DNA of 63,831 nucleotides, the filler included, from Reclinomonas americana ATCC 50394 (taxonomy: Eukaryota), in the NCBI GenBank assembly GCA_048213135.1. It is 4 parts of 4 records of this genome, joined end to end, with 100 filler letters (N's around TTAATTAATTAA, not from the genome) between each part and the next. Parts side by side here need not be neighbours in the genome. Positions count along the whole stretch, not along the records: positions 24,008 to 50,225 come from AFZH01016498.1; positions 50,326 to 56,576 come from PS016036.1; 2 more parts are not named here. One strand, written 5' to 3'. The notes beneath the pieces were generated by a model. The model had not been told where the DNA came from. It did not search any database and worked only from the letters and a program-made list of their open reading frames with translations. Shown here one piece after another: positions 41,001 to 53,600 of this stretch (the stretch's first letter is position 1; each line of letters begins with the position of its first letter). Made by a program: the position numbers and the translations under genes.

Positions 41001-41554
41001 GGACAAGGTCCGCATGGCAGAGAGGATGGATGCGTGAGGCACGCAGGGGGAGATGCTTGCGGAAACATGAAAGGGAGAGGGACAAGACCACGTGAGAGAG
41101 AGAAAAGGGGTGATGAGCGAAGCACATCTGGGATGACCAGGTCAGGAAAGTATGAGAGAGAGAAAGAAAATGGATGCATGAAGTGAACGGTCGACAGCAC
41201 TGACACGCAGGGCGATGGAGAGAGGGCGAAACGAGAGGGTGAGAGAGACAGGGAAGGCCACGAAAAGGAGACAGCAAAAGGGTGACGAGACAGGCACATC
41301 AGGGTTGACCAAGTCAGTCAAGAATGGAGAGTGACAGGGAGGATGGATGCGTGAGGCACGCAGGGGGATATGCTTGCGGAAATATGAGAGGAAAAGGGAC
41401 AGGACCACGAAAGAGAGAGAATAACGAGAGGGAGAGAGGGAGAGAAAAGGGCTGACAAGCGAAACACATCTGGGTTGACCAGAGCAGATAAGAATGGAGA
41501 GTGACAGAGGATGAGGCGAATGGGCGACAGCAATAACACACAGGGCGAGAGAGA

Positions 41555-41590
<36 letters not shown>

Positions 41591-44500
41591 CGACCACGAA
41601 AGAGAGAGAAAGGGGCGATGAGCGAAGCTCATCTGGGATGACCAGGTCAGAACAAAAAAACAGAGAGGGCGGGCAGCAATAACACGCAGGGCAAGGGCGA
41701 AGACCACTTGATGTTTTTGTGCTCACCGATAATGTTCTTGGCGGTGGCTGGACTGCCGACGGAGCCCGCACCGGCGGCACCGCTGTTGCCGTTGGCGATG
41801 AAGACGACGACGTCGGGGTTGTCGTAGAGGAAGCCGTCGATGTTGGATTCGAAGGAGCCGTAGGTGTTTTCGTCGGAGCCCTGGGTGAGGGAAGGGGGAG
41901 GGGGGGGGGGGGGGCGGGAAGGAGAAGGGGGAGGAGAGACATAGAGAAGAGAAGAAACAGCACAAACAGACAGAAACACAAGCTATCGTCAGCGCTCACA
42001 ACACACAAGCGATGTGAACCCACACGATCCTCACCCACGACTCGGTAAACACGCGAGCACCGTCCTTGTAGGTGGGCCCGAAGAAGTCACGAGCAACATT
42101 GTCGGGCACATTCAGATTCTGCGAACACTGTTAGCCCCACTGCGAAGCACACTTGTGTATTGAGCACACGCAACTCCGTTGGCATCACCAATGTCGGTGA
42201 AGGCCAGCTTGGCCTTGTATGCAACGCCGTTGTAGTCCTTGGCCCAGGCGGTGGCTACATGGGGGGGGGGGGGGGTGAGGTGAGAGCAGGGTGGGGGTTG
42301 TGGATGGCGGTTGTCGCACGCAACTGTCACTGTCGCACCAGCCGACAGCGGAGCCCGAGACGTGGGAGCCGTGACCTGGACAGAAGGGGAAGAGATGAGA
42401 GAGGGAAAGGGAGGGAGAAAAAGAGGGAGGAAGGAGGAGGGAGGATGAGAAGAGGAATGGAGGAGAGGAGAGCAAGAGGGAGGGGAGAAAGAGAGAAGGA
42501 AGAAGGGAGAAGGATGAGAATAGGAATGGAGACCAGGCGAATAGAAAGAGAGGAGAGGAAAGGAAAGAGAGGAAGTAAGTGAGGAATGCAGAAAGGAGGG
42601 GAGGGAGGAGAGGGAGGGAGGGAGGATTGAAGTGCACGTGCGTGCCAGATCGTGTGAAAATCATTTGACTGCCTATGAACATGGACAGAGAAGACACAGG
42701 AAGACAGATTACACATTGTTCAATGTGGTGCCAGGTTGTGTGATCAATCAAGTGACGGCTTCTGCGTGTGCCTACGAATATGGACAGAAGACACGCAGGT
42801 GTTGTCAGGAAGAAAGCACACATTGCACTGTGGTGCTATAGGTTGCGTGATCAATCAAGTGACGTGCGCTGACGAACATGGATGGAGAAGGATGTTGTCA
42901 GAAATGACGGTTTCTGCACGCGTCTATTCTCGCGCACCGCAAGAAGAAGAAGAGAAACACGACACACGCAGGATGTGCCCTCTCTCTCTCTCTCTGCCTC
43001 CATACTTTCTCTCCCACTCACCCTTCACGTAGTCGATCTTATCGCCGAGAATGCTGCAGGGCACACACACATGCAGTGAGCAATGAAGAGAAAACGCTGG
43101 CGTGCTCACTATTCACTCGTCAACACACCGATACGAGACGATCTTGCGACGCGAGAGGTCGAGCGTGTCGTACGGCGGCAGCGGGTGGTTGGGGTCGTTG
43201 AAGAAGCACGAGCTGGCATCGACGCCTGTGTCGCCGACAGAGAGAATTTCCCCCTCGCCAGTGAGGCCATGCTCCCACATGACTTTCTTCGAGGCGTCCA
43301 CGCTGCCGCTCTGCACAAGCACATGAGTTAGTGCGTGCGTCGCTTTCAATTCAGTGGCGTCGTCGACACGCACCTGCACCACCGACTGCGCGTGGCTGTT
43401 CAGGGGGCGGAAGGTGCGGGCCGGCTCGATCCACAGCACGAACGGGAGGTTTGCCACGGTGCGCGACACGTGTGCCACGGAGAGGGTCGAGCGCAACTCG
43501 AGGACAAAGTGGGTGTGGTCAGCCACGCGCATGCCGCTCACGGCGTCGTGGTCGGAGGCGGTGCGCCACATGTGGGAGTTGAGGTGGGCGGGCTTGCGGT
43601 CTTCGTGGGGGACCACCGACTAGGGGGGGAAAGGGAAGGGGAAGGGGAAGGGGAAGGGAAAGGGAAGGGGAAAGGGAAGGAGAGGAAAGGGGGAGAAGGA
43701 AGGGGAGGGCAACGAGTGATGCAAAGAAGGGAGAGAGACGACAGAAAATGAGGGACGATGAGAAACGCGATGAACAAGAGTATACGCGTGCGGAAGAGGA
43801 CACGAGAGAGAGACAATGAAGGCGCACATTGAGTCAAATACACACAACAAGGGGGAAGAGATGTATCAGCGATCAACGGTCACACACGACAGCAGGTGGC
43901 GGAATGCAATGCGTACCCATTCATGCATCTCGCTGCGCACATGACCGGCGGCGCTGAGTGCCGAGAGCACGTGTCCGCGCACCGCCTCGGCGTGCGCCAG
44001 CAGGTCACTGTCGGCACCGGCCACCGTGGGGATCGTGGCGACGCGAATGCCCTTGATCGACTGCTGTCGCGAGGCGACAGGCGAGGCGACCGAGGCCGCC
44101 GCAGCCTGTTCAATGGCCTGGCGATCCTCCTCTGAGCCATCGTCCCTGCAGCGATCATCTCCGACGATCAGCAATGCTATGAAGGGTGTTATTCCGCGTG
44201 GCGGCGCAACTTGAGGAAGAGGCGCGGAGTGCCGGCCGACAGCGACTCGCCGGCAAAGGAGAAGCCGGAGACCGAGTCCAACGAGTCGGACAGCGCCGGA
44301 TCAATGCCTGTGCGTGACACGCAACGAATGAGATGCAGACATGTGGCGATTATAGGAACGACACGACGCACGATGCTCAATCGCGTAGTCGCCAGCCCAC
44401 TGCACGAGGTTCGGGTTTCTGCACGAGCAGCATGTGAGCTCCACATCAGAGAGAGACAGAACGACAAGGAGGATCCATTACAAAGCAACTGAGCGCGACC

Positions 44501-46080
44501 AAGTCGTCGAACACACGTAAGAGAAAGAGAGATAGAACGACATGGTGGATAGTTGGCTGATCCCTCACAAGTGCGACAGAGTCGTCGTCGAACACACGTA
44601 AGAGAGAGAAAGAGAGACAGAAACATGGAGTATATTTGTCTGATCGTTCACAAGTGCGACAGAGTCGTCATCGAAGACACGTAAGAGAGAAAGAGAGAGA
44701 GATAGAACGACATGGAGGAGAGATAGAACGACATGGAGAATAGTTGGCTGATAGTTCACAAGCGCGACCAAGTCGTCGAACACACGTGGGAGAGAAAAAG
44801 AGAGATAGAACGACACGGAGGATAGTTCACAAGCGCGACAGAGTCGTCGTCAAACACACACGCGTAAGAGAAAGAGAGAGACAGCAATACGGAGGATAGT
44901 TGGCTGATCCTTGACAAGCGCGACAGGGTCGTCGTCAAACACACGTGGGAGAGAGAAAGAGAGAAACAGAACAACATGGAGGATGAATGTCTGGCCCTTC
45001 AAAGATGCAACAGAGTCGTCGTCAAACACACGTAAGAGAGAAAGAGAGAGATAAACGGCATGGAGATAGTTGGCTGATCGTTCACAGATGAGACCGAGTC
45101 GTCGTCAAACACACGATAGAGAGAACGCGTGGTCTGATCCCTCGCAAGCGCGACAGAGTCTTCAAACTATCTCCCTCTCCCTCACACACACACGACGCAA
45201 CTCGCGCCACAGCGCCAACACCTGCGCCGCCGTGCCATGCACCACGAAGGCATTGTCGGGAATGTATCCGACAAACGAGAGCGTGTCGGGCGAGCGCGCG
45301 CGAACCGCCTGCAGCACATCCTCATGCGGATAGCGCGTAAACTGCACGAGGAAGAGATTCGGAGGCGACGACGACTGTGCGAGGAATGCTCTCGTCGTGA
45401 GCGATCGTGGTGGCATGCGGATGAGAAGCGCAGTGGGGCGTAACTGATGCGCGATCGTCGGTGAGTGCGGGGGAGGTGGAGGTGTCGAGAATGCCCACGC
45501 TGCGGAGGTGGATGAGGGTGGAGGGGGTTGTGGCGGAGGCGACTGTGGACGAGGGAAAAAAGGGGGGGTCAGTTCAAAACGAATTTGAAGGGAGGGAGGT
45601 GAGTGGAGGAAGGGGAAGGGAAGGGGAAAGGAGGGTGAGTGAGTGTGCTTGTGTGTGAGAGAGTGTGTGAGTGAGTGAGTGAGAGAGAGACGGAGAGAGA
45701 GAGAGAGAGACGGAGAGAGAGAGAGAGAGTGAGTGAGTAGAAAGAGGGAGAGAGAGGGAGAGAGAGAGAAGAAGACAAGAGTGTGAGTGACCGAGCAGGG
45801 GTCGATGCCTTTCTCACTCTCACTCACACTCTCACTCTCACACTCTCACACACTCTCACTCTGTCACTCTCACTCTGTGACGCATGAGTGTGCGATGCAA
45901 CGGGCTTGACACTCGGAAGCACGCGTACAACGGGTGGCAATGAATATGCGCACATGTACGTGTCACAGTGTGCGTCTCTCTCTCTCTCTCAGTGTCTCTC
46001 ACTGTGCGTGTGAGAACGCAACATGCCACTACCAGCAACAGCAATGCTGTGAGCGCAAGCAGCCGACCAATGCCGGTCAT
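35702..46080 (-). CDS. Type I membrane subtilisin-like serine protease (S8, KP-43/Tag-like) with prodomain, inserted PA domain, beta-sandwich domains, EGF-like repeat, TM helix and short tail; about 32 exons
   Basis: Signal MTGIGRLLALTALLLLVVAFASA. Catalytic Asp (VGDTGVD), His (GHGSHVSG), oxyanion Asn (ANGNSG) and Ser (GTSMA). Also SPATAKN, FSSLGPTSDNRIKPD and DQGFG. PA motif KIVFVNRGTCTFADKARNVQLAGG, EGF CPLDCSAHGTCDHGVCTCESAWTGADC, TM ALGLLVLLVLGIVLLV followed by RIIRRKR. Confidence 0.93.
38060..38470. repeat. About 45-bp minisatellite (roughly 9-10 degenerate units) in a subtilase intron
   Basis: Recurrent tcaagggttga(g)ggtggagagagacactgatcacacacgcat units. Confidence 0.9.
44490..45160. 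repeat. Minisatellite (~70-100-bp units) in a subtilase intron
   Basis: Recurrent caagcgcgacagagtcgtcgtcgaacacacgtaagagag...gaacgacatggaggatagttggctgat units. Confidence 0.9.
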
Positions 46081-46501
46081 TTTTTATTGTTACAGTGGAG
46101 GACTGTGTGTCACACACACAGTGGTGATATGAGAAGAGAGAGTGAGAGAGTGAGAGTGAGATGACAACACGCAACACGTGGTCTCTCTGTCTGTCTATGT
46201 CTCTCGTCGCGATGAGTTAAAGACGGACGCGTGCTCACGAAATCGGCTGATCGGAGGTTTGTAAGTTGGAACGCGTGTTTGGCCGTGTTTGTGTTTGTTT
46301 GTGTTTGTGTGTTGTGCTGTTTGTTATGGCGGCCGATGCCGTGCGGCTGCGGTTTCTGTTGGCGGGGTGAGTGGGGAGAGGAGAAGGAGGAAGGGAGGGA
46401 GGAGAAGGAGAGAGAAGGAAGAGAGGGGAGAAGGGTGAGAGTGAAAGACTTGGTCTCTCTCTGTTTTCTTTCGTTGTGTGTGTGTGAGTGAGTGAGTGAG
46501 A

Positions 46502-46533
<32 letters not shown>

Positions 46534-46613
46534 AGAGGACAAGGAGAGAGAGAGGAGAGGGAGAAGGAGAGAGGAAGACTCGGGCTTGCTCTGTCTTTTC
46601 TTGCGTTGAATGT

Positions 46614-46670
<57 letters not shown>

Positions 46671-47199
46671 TGTGTGTGTGGTGGTGCGACTCACGCATTC
46701 TCTCTCTCTCTCTCTCTTTCTCTCCTTCCCTTTAGTGTGAGTGAAGTCTCGGGCATTTTTCTCGGTTATGTTGTTGGTGTGGCAGAGGTGGCGACTCGGG
46801 CGTTTTCTCACTCACTCTCTTTCTGTGCTTGTGTGAGAGAACGAGGAATGCATTCAAGCGTGAGAGAGCTTATTCATCGAGATGCATTCTCCGAGACACG
46901 CTCGGTCTTTGTGCTTTTGCTCTTGCATTGTGCACGTGACTGTGAGACGTGGCGAGTCTGGCAAGAGGGAGGGAGAGAGGACAGCCGCAAATGTGCCTGA
47001 GAGAGAGCGATAGAGAGGAACACATGAGACTTGGATGCGTTTGCCGTGAGGGAGAGAAGGAGTGAGCCTGGCGAGAAAGAGGCGAACGAGAACGGCAGCG
47101 TTTGTTATGAAGAGGGAGGGAGAACAAGAGGAGGCGGACGAGAGAGGGGCGAATGAGAACGGCAGCATTCCTATGAGTGAGGAAGAGAGAAGAACAAGA

Positions 47200-47750
47200 G
47201 GCGGACGACTTGGCCGCTCTCATATTTTGTTCGTGACTGTACAAGTCCGGCGAGAAAGGGGAGGAAGAGAACGGTGGAACGCTTGTGAGCGAGAGATTGA
47301 GAGTGATGTGGAAGAATGAGCAGACGACTTGGTCGCACTTTATATTTCCCATGCTTGTGACCAAGGGCGGGGGAAGCGAGAGAAAGATGAAGATGAGGAG
47401 GCCGCTCTCGTTCTTTTGCTCGTGCTTTGTGCCTTGGACCGTGTAGCTGTACGGGTCTGGTGAGAAAGGGGAGGAAGAGAACGGGTGAGCGAGGAAGGGA
47501 AGTGAGAAAAGGGAGACAGACGACTTGGTCGCACTTCATATTTCCCATGCTTGTGACCTTGGGAGGGAGAAGCGAGAAAAGATGTAGATGAGGAGGCCGC
47601 TCTCGTTCTTTGCTCGTGTTTTGTGCCTTGGTGCGTGTAGCTGTACAAGTCTGGCGAGAAAGGGGAGGAAGAGAACGGGTGAGCGAGGAAGGGAAGTGAG
47701 AAGAGGGAGACAGACGACTTGGTCGCACTTTACTCTCTCCCCGTGCTTGT
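47200..47750. repeat. Tandem duplication, about 190-bp unit, roughly 3 copies
   Basis: cagacgacttggtcgcactt at ~47321, ~47517 and ~47711. gagaaaggggaggaagagaacgg is also repeated. Confidence 0.85.
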
Positions 47751-47974
47751 GAGCGCGGCAGACTACGTTTACACACGCACCGAGAGTGTGTGTGTGTGTT
47801 TGTGTGTGTCAGAGAGAGAGAGAGGAGAGATCATCCATCTCTGTGTGCATTTGTACGTGTAGTTGGCGAGATAAAGAAGAAATGAGGACGGCATGTGTTA
47901 GAGGAGGGAAGGGGAGAAGAAGAAGAAGAGGCAAGTGACTGCCCGCTCTCTTTCTACGCGTGTCGGCGAGCGAG

Positions 47975-48683
47975 CTTGAGAGTCTGCCGAGAACTGAAAG
48001 AGTGCATGCCGGCGTTCATGTGAGCGAGAGGGAATCGACGGGAACGCACTTCTCTGTTGCTCCTCTCGACGTGCGTGTAAAAGCGTGCACGTTCCTCTTA
48101 TTCATCTCTTCCCTTCCCTCCTCCCACCAGCACCCTGCCAAACGAGCTGAGTGGGCGCGTGCTGGAGCAAGCGTTTCCGGTGAGCGCGACTGTGCGCGAT
48201 GTGAAGAAGCGGATCATTGACGAATGGCCGCAAGGTGCGTGCTCTCGCTCTCCTGCTTTTCCTCTGCGATGTGCCTGACGACGATGCCTGTCGCGTGCAG
48301 AGTTTCGTGAGCGGGGCGTGAATCTGCGGAGACCTGAGGAGTTCAAGCTCGTGCACGGAGGCAAATTCTTGGCGGACGACTCGCAGACGCTGGCTGGTGC
48401 GTCTCTCTGCCCTCTCCCTCTATCTCTCTCTCAAGTCTCACGATGGTGGCGCAGTGGCTGCGGGTTTCAAACCCGGCGAGGAGAAGACGGTGCATTTGGT
48501 GGTCAAGTTGTTGAGCGCGGCCAGTTGCGTTGCATCCCTTCTGTCAACCATCCTCACCGTCTGATTGACCACATCGCTGCAGGTGGCCTGTCACGCTCGG
48601 CGGCGGGCAGTGTGAATGGAGGAGGCGGTGGAGGGACGGCGAGCGAAGAGAGGCAACCAAAAGGATGCTGCGCGTTGTTGTAA
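47975..48683 (+). CDS. Membrane-anchored ubiquitin-fold protein (MUB/UBL3-like) with C-terminal CaaX; start exon uncertain
   Basis: FPVSATVRDVKKRIIDEWPQ|E..FKLVHGGKFLADDSQTLA|..KTVHLVVK, ending in GCCALL*. Confidence 0.85.
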
Positions 48684-48739
48684 AATCGGAGGGAGTGGAC
48701 GGAGTGAGGGAGAGAGAGGGAGACAGAGGCACCCGAGAA

Positions 48740-49620
48740 AGGATGCACAGTGAAACGTGGCTTGTGCTTTGGGACGAGGCAGAGCGGCAGGCAGATGAGG
48801 AGGTGCACCACCAGAATGGTGTCAGTATGCGGTACACCGGCCAGAAGACTGCGGAGAAAGGATGCACAGTGAAACGCGGCTTGTGCTTTGTGAGGGGGTT
48901 GAACCAGCCCACGAGCAGCACCACCGCACGGACCAGAAACCGACCAGGAGACTGCACAGGTGGAGAGAGAGAGAGAGACACATGCAAATCGTGACTTGTG
49001 CTTTGTGAGAGGCAGAGCGGCAGGAAGGTGAGGGGTTTGAACCAGCCCACAAGTAGCACCACCAGAATGGCGGGTGTCAAAATGCGGTGAACGGGCCAGA
49101 AAGCGACCAGAAGACTGCAGAGAAAGGATGCTGGGCTCTTGCTGCGTTGTGCAAACGGCACGGCCGAGGAGAAGCGGCGAGTTTGCGTGGGTGGTGGAGC
49201 GGCGGGGATCACTTCCATTTCTTGGTGACACCACGCGACGGCGGCCAGCAGCGGCCAGCATCGGCAACTTGACCTTTTGCTGGCCACCCGTTCCCGTCGC
49301 ACCCGTTCCCTCGACCTCGGCGACAAGGACATTCGACTTCGCAGTCACAGCGCGCCACCGGCATCTCGTCCACCCGTCGACGTCACAGGCTCCCTCCGAG
49401 TGTATACCCATCTGCACTCGCTCCCGTCCGGCCTTGAGTAGAATGACGGGCGTCAGTATGCGGCGAAGACTGCGGAGAACGGGCGCACAGTGAAACGTGG
49501 CTTGTGCTTTGTGAGGGGATTGAACCAGCCCACGAGCAGCACCACCAGAATGACGGGCGTCAATATCTGGTGCATGGGCCAGAAGCCGAGCAGGAGACTG
49601 CGGAGCACATGGAAGCACTC
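48740..49620 (-). repeat. Degenerate tandem copies of the TMEM128 last exon
   Basis: Copies or fragments of cag|tctcctggtcggtttctggcccgtgcaccgc...gtgggctggttcaac at ~49505-49600, ~49440-49472, ~49005-49118, ~48880-48955 and ~48770-48852. Confidence 0.85.
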
Positions 49621-49653
49621 GTGTTTTGTGAGGAGGTTAGTACACTTATCCGT

Positions 49654-49978
49654 TCAGAGCGGCAGGAAGGTGAGGAGGTTGAACCAGCCCACGAGTAACA
49701 CCACCAGAATGACGGGCGTCAGTATGCGGTGCACGGGCCAGAAACCGACCAGGAGACTGTGCGAGAGTGAGTGAGGAGCGAAGAGAGGCGAGGATCACAC
49801 AAGAGTCACTCGCCAGACAATGGTCCCTATGCCGAGGGCGGTCAGCACGCCAATGAGCGCCGGCGCCACGTCAAAGTAGGTCTTGTTGGGGAAGCGTCGC
49901 ATGTCTACGGTGAGGATCATGTAGAGGCCGAGGACGATGCAGGCGCCGAAGCCGCCGATGCCCAGGTTGAGGAAGGTG
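49654..49978 (-). CDS. TMEM128: TMEM128-family membrane protein, 3' exons (49978-49814 and 49756-49654); 5' exon probably in or beyond the gap at 50226
   Basis: TFLNLGIGGFGACIVLGLYMIL..TYFDVAPALIGVLTALGIGTIVC|LLVGFWPVHRILTPVILVVLLVGWFNLLTFLPL* resembles the TMEM128 pattern (Y...PALIP..., ALWPVW..TP). Confidence 0.7.
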
Positions 49979-50154
49979 CTGTGGGGTGGGGTGAGGTTGG
50001 AGAGGGGGAGAGAAGAGAGCAGGGAGAAGAGAGAGAGGAGCAGGGAGAAGAGGGAAGAGAGAAGAGATACAGACTTGTCTCGTAGTTCCCCGCTGCAACC
50101 TCGTTCTCTTGCTTTCTAACTCGCTCAGTCGCTCACACACAAGCACACTGTGAC

Positions 50155-50225
<71 letters not shown>

Positions 50226-50602
50226 NNNNNNNNNNNNNNNNNNNNNNNNNNNNNNNNNNNNNNNNNNNNTTAATTAATTAANNNNNNNNNNNNNNNNNNN
50301 NNNNNNNNNNNNNNNNNNNNNNNNNAGGGAGAGTGGGAGGAGGCGTGAAGGATGCAAGTGAAAAGAGATCAACGAAAAGCAGCAAGGGCGGGTCACGGGA
50401 AGGGGACAATGGAAAGGAGAGAGGCCAAGAAAGGAAGGCAATGGAAGACACAAGAAAGAGCGAAACGAGACGAGGCGAGGTGAGGAAAAGGAGAGTGGGA
50501 GCTCGAGGAGTCGTGAAGGGTGCAAGTGAACGTGACCCATGCGAGTGGATGATGGCGGTGAGGACGAACGAGAGACAAAAGAAACGTGAATCGCTCACCT
50601 GC

Positions 50603-53600
50603 TCAGTATGTGAGACACAAGAACACAGTCGGCGCAGCGTGTACTCGCTCCGCGTCATGGGTGCCGCGCGCACAAGGCGGGCAAGGAGAGATCTGAATGT
50701 GATGCTGGAGCGCGCCATTGCGAGGCACATGCACATCTCGTCGCCACGGCACTCCGTCTCGCACAACACAAAGGACAGATGGTGCATGGCAGGCCTCACT
50801 CCCCTGCGACATGAGAGCGCATGTGTGAGCAAAGAAAAAGCAGAGCAGCCGGCACTCGTGTTGCACCACCACAAGCACACACCGATCGACAGAAAATGTG
50901 TGTGGGCATTCGAGCAGTCAAGGGACACATCAGCAAGTGACAGGATGCCGCCCAGCTGCACCTGCTGCAGTAGAGCATGTGGACCAGGCGAGTCGAAATG
51001 TGTCCTACATCTGTCGCAGAAGTGGCATTATGCGTGTCAGTGCAAGCCCATGCTGGTCGCTCCACCCAACCTCAAATCGCAAACGATCCTCTTCTCTCTC
51101 CCCACTCCTCTCACCGCTCCCGTCAACTCACCCTGCACGTGCGTATCGTCGCGAGCCACCAGCATCACCAGTTGCTGTGGAGGAGTGCGTGACGGTCGAT
51201 CAACGCAGAGCCACCAACAGGAAGAACAAGATGCGCCACATGGCGAATCCAGCGGTGGCCGACGACTGGCTCACACGAGCTCCCATCGATATCACGCCGG
51301 CTGACAAGTGACGGTCGAATGGCACCGCGCGCTCTCACACAATCATCGCCTGCAGGCGGAGAGCGCGATAAAGTGAGTGTGGGCGCAGAATTGGGCGAAG
51401 AAGGAGGGCGTACAGAGTGAATCGGTGAATCTGAAGCGAGAGAGACAGAAGAAAGCAACGGTGGCATGGTGGACAACGGGGGAGAGGGGGGAGAGGGGTA
51501 CAGAGACAGGCAGAGTACAGGCAAGAGGAGGATGAAGACGGAAGGGGAGAGGGAAGATGCGAAGGAAGAGAAAGGGAAAGAGAAGACGAGAAAGAAGAGA
51601 AGCGAAAGAGGGGGGCGGAGGGGGAAGAGACAATGAAGACGAAGAGACAACAGAGCGATGATTCAACGAGGATGAAGACGGAAGGGAAAAAGAAGACGAG
51701 AAGGAAGAGAAAGCAGAAAGAGAATGAAGAGGAAGGGACAACAACAGAGCAATGATTCAACGAGGGAGAACACGGAAGGGAAAGGGAAGACGCGAAAGAA
51801 GGGAAAGGAGAAAGCAGAAGAGGCAGAGACAACAGAGCGAAGATTCAACGAGGGTGAAGACGGAAGGGAAAGAGAAGACGCGAAGGAAGAGAAAGCAGAA
51901 AGGGAAGAGAGAAGGAAGAGTCAACAACAGAGCAATGATTCAACGAGGGTGAAGACGGAAGGGAAAGGGAAGACGCGAAGGAAGAGAAAGCAGAAGGGGA
52001 AAAGAGGCAGAGACAACAGAGCAATGATTCAACGAGGGTTAAGAAGGAAGAGAAAGGGAAGACGCGAAGGAAGGGAAAGGGAAAGAGGAATGAAGAGGGA
52101 ACAATGATTCAACGAGGGTGGAGGGAGGCAATTGCATGAACGCACAGATGCACATCCATCTGTCACTCTGACCAGAGTCAAGGATGAGAAGGGAACTCGA
52201 AGGGCAGAAAGAGAGAGAGGAGGAAGAAGAGAACGCAGGAGGAGAACGAGTGTGTGGAGATTTGATCAACAGACGCAAAGAGACTCATCCACGACGCATA
52301 CACACGCACCCTCACACGAACGAGAGAGAGAGAGAGAGAGGATGAGAGAGACTCGAGGGCGGGAAAACTGAATCGTGCAACACGCACACATCTCAGCAGC
52401 AGACGCGCATAGGCACACGCACATGCACAAACACACATCCATGCTCACTATGAGGAGGTGGATGAGAGAGAGGGAGAGAGAGAAAATGAGAGAAAGAGAC
52501 GCGAAACAATGAATGCCACTTTCACACACTCTCACACACTCTCTTTTTCCCACACACTCACTCACCTGGTGTGTGCGTGTGCAAGCAGCTGCTCATGCAC
52601 GATGTCGACAAGCGTGCCACACTCATCCTCCTCCGCATTCTCCGAGTCTCCTCGCAAAACACACACAAGCGACGAAAGACTGTGTGCCAACGACGAAACA
52701 CGGTCACTCGCTCACTCGCTCATGCATGCACGATCACACGCAAGCCGCACCACTGATGCTTTGCTCGTGCATCAGCGCATCACACCACACAACAGAAGAA
52801 GAAAGAGCGGCGGAGAGAGGTGCGTGGGACAAACGATGCGACGTTGGACACGTGTGTGCGTCTCTTCTCCTCTCCTTGCTGGTATTCATCGCAGAGGCAG
52901 TGTGTGCAGGAGAGTGAGATGCAACGAGCTGATGCACACATTGCGCCACCACGACAACCACCACCACAGCCACCCAGTCCGCGATGATCGTGGAATCAAT
53001 CGGCATTCAAGTCGGCGCCACACTGCAGACCAAGGACGGACGCAAAAGCCACGGAGGAGGAGGAAGAGAGGAAGAGATGGATGGAGCGGCGCCGTGCCAG
53101 TCTCCTTGCACCGCATGAACATCGACTGTGGCCGATGGGAGAGAGAGAAAAGCAAGGAAGGCGACGGAGTGGAAAGTCTGCCATCCCGCTCATTACAGCG
53201 GAGGGGAGAAAGTGGGGAAGAGGGAGGGGGAGAGAGCTCAAGGAGAAAGTCGAGAGGTTGAGAGTGGGAGGAGGAGGAGGATGGCGAGTGAGGAAAACAA
53301 ACCAGCAGGAACAAGCATGCNNNNNNNNNNNNNNNNNNNNNNNNNNNNNNNNNNNNNNNNNNNNNNNNNNNNNNNNNNNNNNNNNNNNNNNNNNNNNNNN
53401 NNNNNNNNNNNNNNNNNNNNNNNNNNNNNNNNNNNNNNNNNNNNNNNNNNNNNNNNNNNNNNNNNNNNNNNNNNNNNNNNNNNNNNNNNNNNNNNNNNNN
53501 NNNNNNNNNNNNNNNNNNNNNNNNNNNNNNNNNNNNNNNNNNNNNNNNNNNNNNNNNNNNNNNNNNNNNNNNNNNNNNNNNNNNNNNNNNNNNNNNNNNN

